A stretch of 64,000 nucleotides of DNA from an uncultured Acidobacteriota bacterium (lineage in GTDB: Bacteria; Acidobacteriota; Thermoanaerobaculia; Gp7-AA8; CAVUJZ01). The notes under the pieces were generated by a model. The model saw nothing but the letters and a program-made list of their open reading frames with translations. It did not search any database and was not told where the DNA came from. Position numbers and translations under genes: made by a program. Location: contig CAVUJZ010000006.1 in assembly GCA_963741905.1 (NCBI GenBank), forward strand, positions 20,151 to 84,150, read 5' to 3'. Within the stretch, counting starts at the first letter, position 1, and each line of letters starts with the position of its first letter. Positions 1-11,143 of the stretch are shown piece by piece.

Positions 1-108
1 ATCCGGGGGGCGCTGACCGCCGGAGATGACGTCGTGGTCGGGCTGCCGAGCGAACTGATGACGCTGGCAAAAGGAACGGCCGTGATCGCATCGAACGGGG
101 GACGGTCG
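1..108 (+). CDS. 3' end of an upstream ORF. Possibly the C-terminus of an RND efflux periplasmic adaptor. Its stop overlaps the permease GTG start.
   Basis: Open frame from the window edge to TGA at 106-108. Position immediately upstream of the RND permease. No diagnostic motif seen. Confidence 0.25.
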
Positions 109-3100
109 TGAGCTTCGTCGAACGCTATCTCCGCCGCCCACACCTGATCCTCTCGGTCATCCTTCTCCTGGCCGTCGTCGGGCTGATCGGCTTCTTCCGC
201 ATCCCGGTGACCCTGTTTCCCGACAGCGAGCGTCCGCAGATTGCCGTCATCTCCGTCTGGCCCGGAGCATCGTCCGATGACGTCGCCTCCGATCTGAGCC
301 GGGTCATCGAGAAGGAGCTCGCCACACTCGAACAGGTCCGGCGGGTGACTTCGACCTCGAACGACGAGGTCTCGGTCGTCACGGCGGAGTTCCGGTACGC
401 CAAAGGGCTCGATGCGGCGGTGACCGATGTCGCCAACGCTTTGAGCAGAATTCAGCCGCAGTTGCCGTCAGGTCTCCGTCCGTTCCAGATCTACAAGGTA
501 TCCTCCGCGACGCCGGCGGTTCTGACGATCGCGGTCTCACCGAAACCAGAAAGCGATCTCGATCTCTCGATGGCCCGGCGAATCGCCGAAAATCCGATCA
601 GGGAGGACCTGCTGCGCCTGCCCGAGGTGGCGAACGTCGAAGTGTTCGGCGGCTGGCAGAGTGTCCTGGCGGTCGAGATCGATCCCGACGCGTTAGAGGT
701 GTTCAGGGTCAGCGCCGGGGAGGTGGCGCGAGCGCTCGCGAACTGGAATCGCAACACGCCGGAAGGCCTCGTCGTCACGGATCGGACCCATATCCTCCTG
801 AAAAGCGAAGGAGCGCTCACCCGTCCCGAGCAGTTGGGCGCCATCGTGGTGGCGAGGGCCGGGGAACAACCTGTGTTTCTGCGGGACCTCGCGACCATCC
901 GGCCTTCGGTGCAGGAACGGCTCTCGGTTTTTCATGGCAATGGGAAGCCCGCCGTCGGCATCAATATCCAGCGGGCGCTTTCCGGACACTCCATGCCGAC
1001 GATCAATGCGGTGCTCGCCGAGCTGCCGAGGCTCGAGGCGCGCTACGCGGGGCTGCGCTTCGAGATTGCCGACACGCAGGGAGAGCTCATCACCAAGAGC
1101 GTCGGAAACATGAAGGAGGCGCTGCGTGACGCCATCCTGATGACGATCCTCGTGATCTTTCTGTTTCTCGCCGACGTGCGAGGAACCCTTCTCGCGGCAG
1201 TCTCGATTCCTTTCACCTACCTCATCACCTTCGCCTTCATGTGGCTCCTCGGGTTCGAGTTCAACATGGTCACCCTGACCGGAGTCATTCTCGGCGTGGG
1301 AATGCTCCTCGACGACGCGATCGTCGTGCTCGAGAACATCGAGCGGCACTACCACAAGCTCGGCAGGGATTTGAATGACGCCGTCATCGGCGGGACCCAG
1401 GAAGTGATGGTGGCCGTGCTGTCCGGCACCTACGCGACCGTCGCCGTGCTCGTGCCGATCATCTGGATCGGTGGGTTCGTACAAACGGTGTTGCGTCCGC
1501 TGAGTCTCACCCTCTCGATCGCACTCGTCGCATCCTACGTGGTCTCGGTGACGGTACTTCCCATCCTGGCCCCCGTCTTCCTGCGATTCCGAGGTGGGAA
1601 GCGTGCGCGGTGGGAGCGAGCGCTCGACCGTCTGGTGAACGGCCGGATCATGAACGCCGTCGAGAGCTTCTTCTCGAGTGCGGCCGCATTCGCGATCCGG
1701 CACAAGGCCCTGTTTCTGATTCCTGCGATCCTCCTGCTCATCCTCTCCGGGCGGGTGCTCATGCCGCTGATCGGCCGCGATCTGATGCCGCCGATGGACA
1801 CCGGCATTCTGCGGGTCTCGTTCGAGACCTATCCCAACACGTCCCTCGCATGACTCCGAGGCCATCCTGACGCGCGTGGAGACGGCGATCCGACACGAGA
1901 AGAGTGTGGTGCGGATGTCGTCGACACTCGGGTCGGAACCTGGGGTGCTCTCGTTCGGGTCGGGGCGTAACGCGCAACAGGCGTTCATCACCGTTCATCT
2001 GGTGGATCGCTTCCGCCGGAGCGAGAGCATGTGGCAGGTCGAGAGCCGAATCCTGGAAGAGTTGCGGCGCAGCCCGGGCATCCGCTTTCCCGCGGTCTAT
2101 GACTATGGAGCGACGCCGCTGTCCACCGTCCGAGCGACAGTCGACCTGATGGTGAGCGGGCCTGATCCGAAGGTGCTTGATGCGATTGCACGCGACGTGG
2201 ATCGCCGGCTGCAGACCGTCGGGGGGCTTCGCGCCACCGTTCGCACCTGGACTCTCGACCGATCCGAGTATCGTTTCATTCCGGATCCGGAACAGCTCGC
2301 GCTGTATGGCATCGATGCCGCGAACCTCGCCGCACAGGTAAGCGCACAGGTCAAGGGCATTCCAGCCTCGCGGTTCCGCGTGCCGCAGCAGGATTCGTTC
2401 CCGATCTGGGTCCAGGTTTCGAGGGCGCGGAGGGATGGGCCCGGCGCGATCCGGACACTTCCCATCATCACTCCCCGAGGGGCGGTGCCCCTCTCGGCGC
2501 TCGGCCGCATCGAAAGGGCCACCATTCCTACCCTGCATACCCGTGAGGCTCTCGGCGAGACCATCGACATTCTCGGCTATCGCTCAACCGCAGCCGTCAC
2601 CCACATCCATGACAACGTCACCCGGGCGCTCACCGGCATCGATCTTCCGACCGGATACTCCATAACGGAAGAAGGGGAGCTGAAAACGATGAACGAGTCG
2701 TTTTCAGCGCTCCTCCAGGCTTTGCTTCTCGGTCTCGTCCTCCTCTACTTTTCTCTCGTCCCTGCGTTCCGCAGTTTTCTGCATCCGCTGACGATCATGA
2801 TTGCGATTCCGCTGGGAATGATCGGAGCGACATGGGCGATGCTGCTGGCGGGCAAGCACGGCTGCATGCCATCGTTCATGGGAATGATTCTGCTCGCGGG
2901 AATCGTCGTGAAGAACTCGATCCTGCTGATCGACTTCATCGAGGATGCACGGGACCAGGGCGTGCCGCTGCGGGAAGCCCTCGAGCAAAGCGTGCGGGTA
3001 CGGACGCGTCCGATCCTGATGACCGCGTTTGGTACGTCGGTGGGAATGCTCCCGATCGCGCTGGAGTGGGCGATTGGTCTGGAGCGGCTCTCACCGCTCG

Positions 3101-3270
3101 CGGTCGTCGCCATCGGCGGTCTGCTCGTCTCGACATTCCTGACTCTGATCTACGTCCCGCTGATCTATGATCTGTTCGATCGGCTGCGCGCCGCGGTCAT
3201 CCACCGCGTCGGCCGAGACACAGGAGTCGTCCCCCCCGATGAAGCAGAGCCCGTTGCACTGCCAGTCTGA
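108..3270 (+). CDS. RND efflux permease (AcrB/CzcA superfamily), ~1045 aa. Split into two ORFs (108-1853, 1876-3270) by a frameshift/stop near 1851-1876.
   Basis: 12-TM RND architecture with large periplasmic loops. The N-half (581 aa) and C-half (464 aa) ORFs are collinear with full-length AcrB-type permeases. Confidence 0.85.
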
Positions 3271-3469
3271 GCGGGTCTGATCCGTCGAGAGCGAGTCGGA
3301 GGATCGGCCGGAGCCGAATCGCGCCAGGAGATCCGAGCGAGCCTCTGGCCCGGATCCTCGGCCGCGTCGATCCACGTTTTTCGCCAACCGAACTTGTCAC
3401 GGATGCGGCCACCGCTATCACCAGCGACGGCAGTTGCGCGTCGCACCCGTGACAAAGTCCGGCCACGGT

Positions 3470-4558
3470 TGGCTCTCGCGCTTGCGCTCGAGACGGCTAC
3501 GGGCGGGGCAGGTTTCGCCTCGGGACGTTCATGTCTTCGATTTTCTGGATGTCGACTCGGATGGGTTGCGGACCTCGCGTCAGCGGCCGGGCTGGTCGCG
3601 ATCGAACCCGTCCGCCTCCGCCGGATCTCGAGCTGGCGCTCGAGACGGCTACGGCGGGACAGCCTTCGCCTCGGGACGTCTACTCCGTTGCGTTTCTGGC
3701 GGGCTTGCCCAGCCGTAGCCCCGGCTCCGCGTCAGCGGCCGCGAATCGAGCAATCCGCGCGATCGAACCCGTCCGCCTCCGCCGGATCTCGAGCTGGCGC
3801 TCAAGACGGCTACGGCGGGACAGCCTTCGCCTCGGGACGTCTACTCCGTTGCGTTTCTGGCGGGCTTGCCCAGCCGTAGCCCCGGCTCCGCGTCAGCGGC
3901 CCCGAATCGAGCAATCCGCGCGATCGAACCCGTCCGCCTCCGCCGGATCTCGAGCTTGGCGCTCGTGACGGCTACGGCGGGACAGCCTTCGCCTCGGGAC
4001 GTTTACTCCGTTGCGTTTCTGGCGCGCTTGCCCAGCCGTAGCCCCGGCTCCGCGTCAGCGGCCGGGCGAATCGAGCAATCCGCGCGATCGAACCCGTCCG
4101 CCTCCGCCGGATCTCGAGCTGGCGCTCGAGACGGCTACGGCGGGACAGCCTTCGCCTCGGGACCTTTACTCCGTTGCGTTTCTGGCGGGCTTGCCCAGCC
4201 GTAGCCCCGGCTCCGCGTCAGCGGCCGCGAATCGAGCAATCCGCGCGATCGAACCCGTCCGCCTCCGCCGCTGCTCGAGCTTGCGCTCGTGACGGCTACG
4301 GCGGGACAGCCTTCGCCTCGCGACCTTTACTCCGTTGCGTTTCTGGCGGGCTTGCCCAGCCGTAGCCCCGGCTCCGCGTCAGCGGCCGCGAATCGAGCAA
4401 TCCGCGCGATCGAACCCGTCCGCCTCCGCCGGATCTCGAGCTGGCGCTCGAGACGGCTACGGCGGGACAGCCTTCGCCTCGGGACGTTTACTCCGTTGCG
4501 TTTCTGGCGGGCTTGCCCAGCCGTAGCCCCGGCTCCGCGTCAGCGGCCGGGCGAAGGC
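3470..4558. repeat. Tandem array, ~162-bp unit x ~6.7 copies (measured periods 160-164 bp), non-coding. Ends 1 bp from the tRNA-Ala 3' end.
   Basis: Recurring unit ...gcgctcgagacggctacggcgggacagccttcgcctcgggacg...ctccgttgcgtttctggcgggcttgcccagccgtagccccggctccgcgtcagcggcc... The unit contains a T-loop-like GGTTCGATC on the tRNA strand. Confidence 0.9.
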
Positions 4559-4635
4559 TGGTGGAGCTGATCGGGATCGAACCGACGACCTCCTGAGTGC
4601 GATTCAGGCGCTCTCCCAAACTGAGCTACAGCCCC
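4559..4635 (-). tRNA. tRNA-Ala, anticodon CGC, with CCA encoded.
   Basis: Reverse complement is GGGGCTGTAGCTCAGTTTGGGAGAGCGCCTGAATCGCACTCAGGAGGTCGTCGGTTCGATCCCGATCAGCTCCACCA. It folds as a cloverleaf, carries the G3:U70 Ala identity pair, and has anticodon loop AUCGCAC. Confidence 0.9.
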
Positions 4636-4653
4636 ACACGTGAAACGCACTCC

Positions 4654-6388
4654 TCAATGCCTCGCCTCCCGAGAATATTCCTGCGCCGAAGCATCGGGAT
4701 CGTCCCCTTTTCGTGCCGGCAGCGTGATCTTCAGATCGTCGACGAATCGCTCCTCCGGGACGGCGATGAAGTAGCCCTGCAACAGGTCCACCCCCAGCCG
4801 GCAGCACCATTCGTACTCTTCCCGGGTCTCGATTCCCTCGGCAATGGTCTTCGACCCCGTCTTGTGGGCCAGGTCCACCAGCAGCCGGATCAGGTCCTGC
4901 TTGATCGGCTCCGAAGGCATCGCCGAGACCAGCCCCTTGGTGATCTTCAGGTAGTCGGGTGCGAGTGAGGCGATCGCCTCGAGCGAGGCGTATCCGGAGC
5001 CGGCATCGTCGATGGCGATCGCAATCCCCTTCTGGCGCAGGCTTCCGAGCAGGTCCCGAAAGACCGCATAGTCCTCGATGGCCGCCCGCTCGGTCAGCTC
5101 GAAGATGAACTGCCCCGGATAGTCGGCGAAATACTGCACCGTCTCGTTGAACCGGAGCGCGAATGCCTCGAGCGTTTCCGCCTCGAGGTTGACCAGAAAG
5201 CGTCGCTCCCCCACATGCTCCTTCCGCAGCCGCTTGATCATGCAGCTCAGCGCAACCTCCTCCAGATCCCACGCCAGTCCCACCTCGCGCGCGAAGCCGA
5301 AGAGCATGTCGCTGTTGCGGAACAGCGACCGCCGCGGTCCCCGCGTCAGCAGCTCGTATCCGAACACCGTCCCGTCCGACGAGTGCACCACCGGCTGAAA
5401 GAGCACACGTACCCGCTTCCGGCGAATGATCTCCTTCATCTCACGGGTGAGCTCCTGCTTGCGCCTCTGCTCGGCGTCGCGCACGGTCTGTGCCGCGCGC
5501 TCCATTCCGTGATAGATCTGCCGCTCGAGACGGATCTGCGGCGAGTACTGCAGCAGATTGGCCCCCACGAAGAACCCGATCTCACCCGTCTCCATCTGAG
5601 GAAAGCGCTCCCGCAGCTCGTGCATCAACGTCCCGTGCAACTGCGTCGCCTCCGTCTCGACATCCGGCTCGAATGCGGATTCGTTCGACCCCGGGGGCAC
5701 GAAGAGATAGAAACTGGATGCTCCCACCCGGCTGACCACCACTTCGGCACCTCCCCGCCGCCGGGCCTCGGCGCGAAGGACGTTGCCCACCTTCCGGAGG
5801 AACTCGTCGAAAAATGCCCAGCCGTACTCCTCCTCGATGGATTCGTACTGCTCCACGTCGACGTAAATCACCTCGACGCAGCGACGTTCGATCAGGATCT
5901 CACGCAACCGTTCCAGAACGAGGGATACCGTGGGGAGTCCCGTGGCCCGATCGTGAAGCAGGTTCTGGAGGGCGGCCGGACGGAATCCCGACCTCATCCT
6001 CCCGCCGTCTCGCGGCAAGATCGAGCAGTCGGGTGACCCGCCAGGTGACGTCATTCTTCTGGAGCGGCTTGACCAGATAATCGTCCGCACCGACCTGCAG
6101 GCCGGTCAGCCGGTCCCGGACATCCCCTTTCGCGGTCATCAGAATGATCATGATGCCGCTGGTCCGGTGAACCCCCTTGAGCGTCTGGCAGATCTCCCAT
6201 CCACTGGGTCCCGGCATCATCACGTCCAGCAGGACCACGTCAGGGGTCTCCTCGCGGGCCAGACGCAAGGCCGTCTCGCCGTCCGGCGCATTGAGGATCC
6301 GGGCGTTGAGAGGGGCGAGGAAATGTTCCAGAAGACGGACGATTGCGGCGTCGTCATCCGCGATCAGAATGGTGGGCTGCGACTCCAT
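4654..6388 (-). CDS. Response regulator with REC receiver, GGDEF-like domain and EAL c-di-GMP phosphodiesterase domain. Frameshift between about 5965 and 6030.
   Basis: ORF 5900-6388 is a CheY-like receiver (phospho-acceptor D in LLDVMMP). ORF 4654-6090 has RATGLPT at the GGDEF N-terminus, then an EAL domain with ELTER and EGIETREE motifs. The two ORFs overlap in different frames. Confidence 0.8.
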
Positions 6389-6562
6389 CTGACGTCATCC
6401 CTATGCTGAAAACAGGCCAAAAGCAAGCTCGGGCGCACCGGGTTGTTCGCCGCATCCCTCCTGCCCACTGCGACGGAGCAACCCACTGTGGCGTGTGATC
6501 CGCAAAAGTGCTAAGTTTCTCTACTTCGGATCTTCGCGGTCCGCGCCGCGGCAGGGAGAATC

Positions 6563-7963
6563 ATGATCACCTTTGGAACATCTGGATGGCGAGGAGTCAT
6601 CGGAGAAGACTTCACCTTCGAGAACGTCCGCATCGCCACCCAGGGGATCGTCAACTATCTGAAGTCCGCCGAGACCCCGCCGGAGTCGGTGGTGGTGGGC
6701 TACGATACCCGCTTTCTCTCGGAGAAATTCGCGCTGGAAGCCGCCAGGGTGCTCGCCTACAACGACATCCAGGCGTATCTTTGCAGCCGCGACGTGCCGA
6801 CCCCCTGCGTCTCGTTCGAGACGGTTCGCCGCCGCGCCTCCGGAGCGATCAACTTCACCGCCTCCCACAACCCTCCCGAGTACAACGGCCTGAAGTTCTC
6901 GACCGGCAACGGTGCTCCGGCCCTGCCTGAGATCACCGAGGCGATCGAGCGGGAGATCCAGAGTGTCCAGGAGCGTCAGAAATCGATCGACGTCTACCAT
7001 CGTCCGGAACTGATCGAGGTGATCGAGCCCCGGGAGCGCTATCTCTCGGCCCTCCGCACCATCGTCGATACCGAGGCGGTCCGGAACAGTGGCCTTCGCA
7101 TCGCCGTCGATCCTCTCTACGGAACCGCCCGCGAGTTTCTCGATTACTTTCTGCTGGATGCAGGGGTCGATGTGCGGATCATCCACAACTATCGCGACCC
7201 CTACTTCGGCGGCTTCTCCCCCGAATGCAATCAGAGGAACCTGGCGGAACTGCGCCGGGTCGTCCCCCAGGAAAAACTCAACCTCGGTCTGGCGACCGAC
7301 GGCGACGCTGACCGGTTCGGAATCATCGACCACCGCGGCCGCTTCATCTCGGCCAACCTGATCATCGCGCTGCTCGCCCTCTACGTGAAACGGGAGCGAG
7401 GATTCCCCGGCGGGCTGGCACGCTCGGTCGCAACCACCCACCTGGTCGATCGCATCGCCGAGAAGCTCGGAGTTCCCCTCTACGAGACCTCCGTCGGATT
7501 CAAGTACATCGGTGAGCTGATCCTGGAGGACCGCATCGCCCTCGGCGGAGAGGAAAGTGCCGGCCTCTCGGTCTACGGGCACATCCCGGAGAAAGATGGC
7601 ATCCTCGCCTGCCTGCTCGTCGCGGAAATGGTGGCCAAGACCGGCAAGAACCTCCAGCAGCTCACCCGCGAGCTCTACGATGAGTTCGGTCCCCACTACA
7701 GCAAGCGGGTGGACATGAAGCTCACCTCCCAGCTCCGGGACTCCGTGACGAAACGCCTGCAGAATCCGCCGGCGAAACTGGCCGGGCGCAAGGTCGAAAA
7801 CGTGAAGACTCTCGACGGAGTCAAACTCGAGTTCGACCCCGGAAGCTGGCTGCTGTTCCGGATCTCCGGAACCGAGCCTGTCGCCCGCATCTACGGCGAG
7901 GCCTGCAGCCCGAAGGACCTCAAGAGCCTCCTCGACGCCGGGAAGAAGTTCGTCACGAAGTAG
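6563..7963 (+). CDS. Phosphoglucomutase/phosphomannomutase family (alpha-D-phosphohexomutase).
   Basis: Active-site TASHNP motif, MITFGTSGWRG N-terminus, ~466 aa. Typical RBS. Confidence 0.85.
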   Translation: MITFGTSGWRGVIGEDFTFENVRIATQGIVNYLKSAETPPESVVVGYDTRFLSEKFALEAARVLAYNDIQAYLCSRDVPTPCVSFETVRRRASGAINFTASHNPPEYNGLKFSTGNGAPALPEITEAIEREIQSVQERQKSIDVYHRPELIEVIEPRERYLSALRTIVDTEAVRNSGLRIAVDPLYGTAREFLDYFLLDAGVDVRIIHNYRDPYFGGFSPECNQRNLAELRRVVPQEKLNLGLATDGDADRFGIIDHRGRFISANLIIALLALYVKRERGFPGGLARSVATTHLVDRIAEKLGVPLYETSVGFKYIGELILEDRIALGGEESAGLSVYGHIPEKDGILACLLVAEMVAKTGKNLQQLTRELYDEFGPHYSKRVDMKLTSQLRDSVTKRLQNPPAKLAGRKVENVKTLDGVKLEFDPGSWLLFRISGTEPVARIYGEACSPKDLKSLLDAGKKFVTK

Positions 7964-8030
7964 CTCAGGGGATCCGGTAAGAGGTGACGGAGTGGTGGCG
8001 GACTCCCTCCCTCGCAGAGAACGTCTGCCC

Positions 8031-8699
8031 TTGTCGTCCCGAGCGGGTGGGCGGAAGGGCAGGCGAGGGACCTCCCCCGATGCGAAAAGGATCGTTTTGC
8101 TGGAGCGACCGCGCCCGCGACGCTTTGCGCCTGGAGGTTCTTTATCGCATCGGCGGAGATGTCTCGCATGCCCGCCCGCCCACCCGCTCGACATGACACT
8201 GGCCACCGGCTCGTCGAGACAAACGCCGGGCGGCATCGATCGAGCGACAGGGCCGAAACCCTCGCGACGAAGATCGCCATTGTCGTCCCGAGCGGGCGGG
8301 CGGAAGGGCAGGCGAGGGACCTCCCCCGATGCGAAAAGGACCGTTTTGCTGGAGGCGCGCCCCGCGACGCTTTCGCCTGGAGGATCCTTGTCGCATCGGC
8401 GGAGATGTCTCGCATGCCCGCCCGCCCACCCGCTCGACATGACACTGGCCACCGGCTGCGTCGAGACGAAACGTCGCGCGCGGATCGATCGAGCGCAGAG
8501 CGCCGAATCCCTCGCGAGAACGGCCGCCATTGTCGTCCCGAGCGGGCGGGCGGAAGGGCAGGCGAGGGACCTCCCCCGATGCGAAAAGGATGGTTTTGCT
8601 GGAGGACCGCGCCGCCGCGACGCTTTGCGCCTGGAGGTTCCTTGTCGCATCGGCGGAGATGTCTCGCATGCCCGCCCGCCCACCCGCTCGACATGACAC
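8031..8699. repeat. Three tandem copies (8031-8199, 8281-8445, 8530-8699) of a ~170-bp REPIN-like long-hairpin element, separated by ~80-bp related spacers.
   Basis: Each copy has terminal inverted repeats TGTCGTCCCGAGCGGGTGGGCGG / CCGCCCACCCGCTCGACATGACA and internal arms GCAGGCGAGGGACCTCCCCCGATGCGA / TCGCATCGGCGGAGATGTCTCGCATGC around a ~45-nt loop. Unit period ~248 bp. Confidence 0.85.
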
Positions 8700-8703
8700 T
8701 GAC

Positions 8704-8750
8704 CATCGGCGAACTCCGAACTCCAGAACTTCAGAACTCCAGAACTACTC
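8704..8750. repeat. Octanucleotide microsatellite (AGAACTCC/GAACTCCG)n. Reverse complement of the GGAGTTCT satellite at 47185.
   Basis: gaactccgaactccagaacttcagaactccagaact lies immediately next to the end of a hairpin element. Confidence 0.6.
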
Positions 8751-8772
8751 CCCCTCGAGGTACTTCGTCGCG

Positions 8773-9033
8773 TCAAGGTAGGCCTTTCGCCGTCTCGCGG
8801 GTCAGCCCGGAGAACACATCCCCCTCCGGATAGATGATCATGTTCGGCCCGTAGTCGCAGAGGTCCAGACAGGAGACCGAGCAGACCCGCACGGTCGGCT
8901 TTCGACCGAGCGAGCGGTTGAGGTCTTTCAGCTCAGTGCGGATCAGCTCGCCGCGCTCGTCCCCGCGGTTCTCGTTGTTGCACCGGGCGCCGGTACAGAC
9001 CAGGACGTGTTTGAGAAACGGATAGCGGCTCAT
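8773..9033 (-). CDS. Small thioredoxin-like [2Fe-2S] ferredoxin (NuoE/24-kDa-like fold), ~86 aa.
   Basis: [24 protein letters not shown]...[22 protein letters not shown] carries a four-Cys pattern. ATG at 9031-9033. The ORF track shows it in frame with the ftsY tail, but see the ftsY note. Confidence 0.55.
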   Translation of the reverse strand: MSRYPFLKHVLVCTGARCNNENRGDERGELIRTELKDLNRSLGRKPTVRVCSVSCLDLCDYGPNMIIYPEGDVFSGLTRETAKGLP

Positions 9034-9047
9034 CGTCGTCCCGGACC

Positions 9048-9973
9048 TCAGTCCGCCTCGAAAAGCATGTCGAGAAAGGCGTCGGATCAAGGGGATCAGA
9101 TCGTCGGCGGATTCACCCACCCCGACGAACTTCACCGGGATATCGAATTCTCTCATGATCGCGAGAATCACTCCGCCCTTGGCCGTTCCGTCGAGCTTGG
9201 TCACGACGATGCCGGTGACATTCGCCGCCTCGAGAAAGGCGCGGGCCTGACTCAGGCCGTTCTGTCCGGTCGTCCCGTCGATCACCAGCAGAGTCTCGTG
9301 TGGCCCCCCTCCATCTCCTTGCCCATCACCCGGCGGATCTTGGAGAGCTCCTGCATCAGGTGAGACTTGTTGTGCAGCCGCCCGGCGGTGTCGATCATCG
9401 CCACGTCACTCTTGCGGGACTTCGCCGAGGAGATCGTATCGTGAGCCACCGCGCCCGGATCGGCCCCGGGACGATGCCGAACCAGCGGAACGTCGATCCG
9501 CTCGGCCCAGCTCTGGAGCTGTTCGATGGCTGCCGCCCGGAAGGTATCGGCCGCTCCAGCACCACGCTCCGCCCCTCACCTTTCCAGCGCTGGGCAAGTT
9601 TCGCAATGGTGGTGGTCTTGCCGGTTCCGTTCACCCCCACCACCAGAATCACGAAGGGATGCGCCTGATCCAGATCGATCGTCTCCATCGCTTTCCGGGG
9701 GATGAGCTTCCGGGTCTCCTCGCGCAAGGCGGAGGTCAGCTCTTCCACGTTCCGGATCTTTTCGTCCTTGATCCTCTGCTCCAGCCGATCCATCAGCTCC
9801 ATGGTCAATTCGGCGCCGACATCCGCCCCGATCAACCCTTCCTCCAGGGCGTCCAGGACTGCACGGTCGACGCCGAGATCCGCCTTCATTGCGTCACGGA
9901 CCTTTTCGATGACCTCGGTGTGGGTCATGAACAGGCCGCGTTTCAGTTTTCCGAGAAATGACTTATTTTCCAT
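9048..9973 (-). CDS. ftsY: Signal recognition particle receptor FtsY. Interrupted by at least three short indels.
   Basis: N-terminus [13 protein letters not shown], then [10 protein letters not shown] (G1), [20 protein letters not shown]. Frame breaks: (a) a 2-nt extra 'ag' near 9545 (VVLE|RPIP versus expected [17 protein letters not shown]); (b) a 6-versus-7 C-run at 9303-9310 giving [10 protein letters not shown]; (c) two missing G near 9075-9090 that hide the C-terminus ...[16 protein letters not shown]. Confidence 0.8.
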
Positions 9974-10008
9974 CGGGTCGATGGGCTCCTTCCGAGCACA
10001 AAACAGGT

Positions 10009-11079
10009 TCAGCTTTCGTTTCCGGCGACCTGATGCACCATCTCTTCGGTGATCACGATCTTTCGCTCCGAGTCAGAGGCGACCGCAGCCGGATCGAATT
10101 CACGCTCCCGGATGATCCGCCGGTAGATGTCCTTCAGCGCCCGGGCCCCGAGCCGCTTGTGGCGACTCGCCAGCCAGGCAATCGCCCGGATGGCGCCACG
10201 GGTGATCTGGAGATCGATGTTGAAGCGCCGGAAATACTCCCGTGAGGTCCGGAAAATCGAACGTTCCGGATCGACGAAGATCTTCGCCAGATCCTCCTCG
10301 CCGAGATCGTTGAGCACCACGATCGACTCGAACCGCGAGACGAACTGGGGTGTCATCCCGTAGGCGAACAGATCCTCGTAACGGAGATAATCCCGCAGCC
10401 GGAAAGGCACTTCCTCCCGCACCTCTCCGGTCTGGGAGACCACCACGACGGGCCTCAGCGGCCGGCCGTCCTCCCCCAGCGTCGCACGGCGAAAGACGCT
10501 GTCGTAAAGCTCCTCGAAGGCGCCTCCCGCGACGAACAGAATCGATCCGGTGCTGACCCGGGCGATCCGGTCGGTCCCCGGAACTGCGAAGTCGATCTCC
10601 TCGTTCTCCATCAACGTGAGCAGCGCTTCCTGAGCGAGGATGCCCCGCACGTTGGGGCTGCTTCCGGCGTGCGCCCGGATCTTGTCGACCTCGTCGACGA
10701 AGACGATCCCCCGCTCCACCCGCCGGAGAAGATCCTCGGGTGAGGCTCGAGGGCCCAGGCGGCGCTCCGCGTTGTGATAGAGGCGGGCAAGGACCGCCTG
10801 CCCCTCGCCCCCGTCCCGCTCTCCGAGCAGATTGGCGTTGATCCGGATCACATTCGAGTAGCTGGCCAGATCCTCACGGCTCTCCAGGAACTCCTGAACC
10901 GCACGCATCAGCGTGGTCTTGCCCGAGCCGGAGGTACCGATCAGCAGGATGTTTCCCGCCGGATGCCCCACCAGGTGCTTGACCACCGCAACCGACACTT
11001 CCCGGACGGCCTGGGGCTGTCCGATCACGATCCGTCGAAGGGCCTCGTCAATCTCTGCGGGACGAATGGGAAACGACAT
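10009..11079 (-). CDS. ClpX/HslU-family AAA+ ATPase (356 aa). No N-terminal zinc-binding domain and no GYVG pore-1 loop.
   Basis: Walker A GTSGSGKTT, Walker B FVDEVDK, QEALLTLMEN (compare ClpX QQALLKLIEG), ILFVAGGAF, sensor/Arg-finger region GARALKDI. GYVGEDVE is absent. Confidence 0.75.
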   Translation of the reverse strand: MSFPIRPAEIDEALRRIVIGQPQAVREVSVAVVKHLVGHPAGNILLIGTSGSGKTTLMRAVQEFLESREDLASYSNVIRINANLLGERDGGEGQAVLARLYHNAERRLGPRASPEDLLRRVERGIVFVDEVDKIRAHAGSSPNVRGILAQEALLTLMENEEIDFAVPGTDRIARVSTGSILFVAGGAFEELYDSVFRRATLGEDGRPLRPVVVVSQTGEVREEVPFRLRDYLRYEDLFAYGMTPQFVSRFESIVVLNDLGEEDLAKIFVDPERSIFRTSREYFRRFNIDLQITRGAIRAIAWLASRHKRLGARALKDIYRRIIREREFDPAAVASDSERKIVITEEMVHQVAGNES

Positions 11080-11143
11080 GGTCGGCGGGAGAATATCGCA
11101 AAGCAGCGTCGGAGGGGGATCCGGGCTCCTGAGCCGGATCGGC

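Noticed and set aside
693-1991. Long antisense ORFs opposite well-supported genes: 693-1991, 6521-8776, 13746-15890, 16573-17907, 27676-29286, 38544-40190, 49580-52171 and 60482-62236.
   Set aside because: This is the typical high-GC shadow-ORF phenomenon. Each lies opposite a gene with clear family signatures, and its own translation is low-complexity and R/G/P/D-rich.
3470-4558. 162-bp units as tRNA pseudogenes or duplicated tRNA 3' halves (att repeats).
   Set aside because: Only the 9-mer GGTTCGATC is shared with the adjacent tRNA. There is no acceptor or T-stem complementarity and no match to the tRNA-Ala 3' half.
8773-9285. Genuine FtsY-ferredoxin fusion protein (as the 170-aa ORF suggests).
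   Set aside because: Restoring two G in a homopolymer run gives a canonical FtsY C-terminus and stop, followed by an independent ATG-initiated ferredoxin. Given the window-wide indel pattern, separate genes are more likely.
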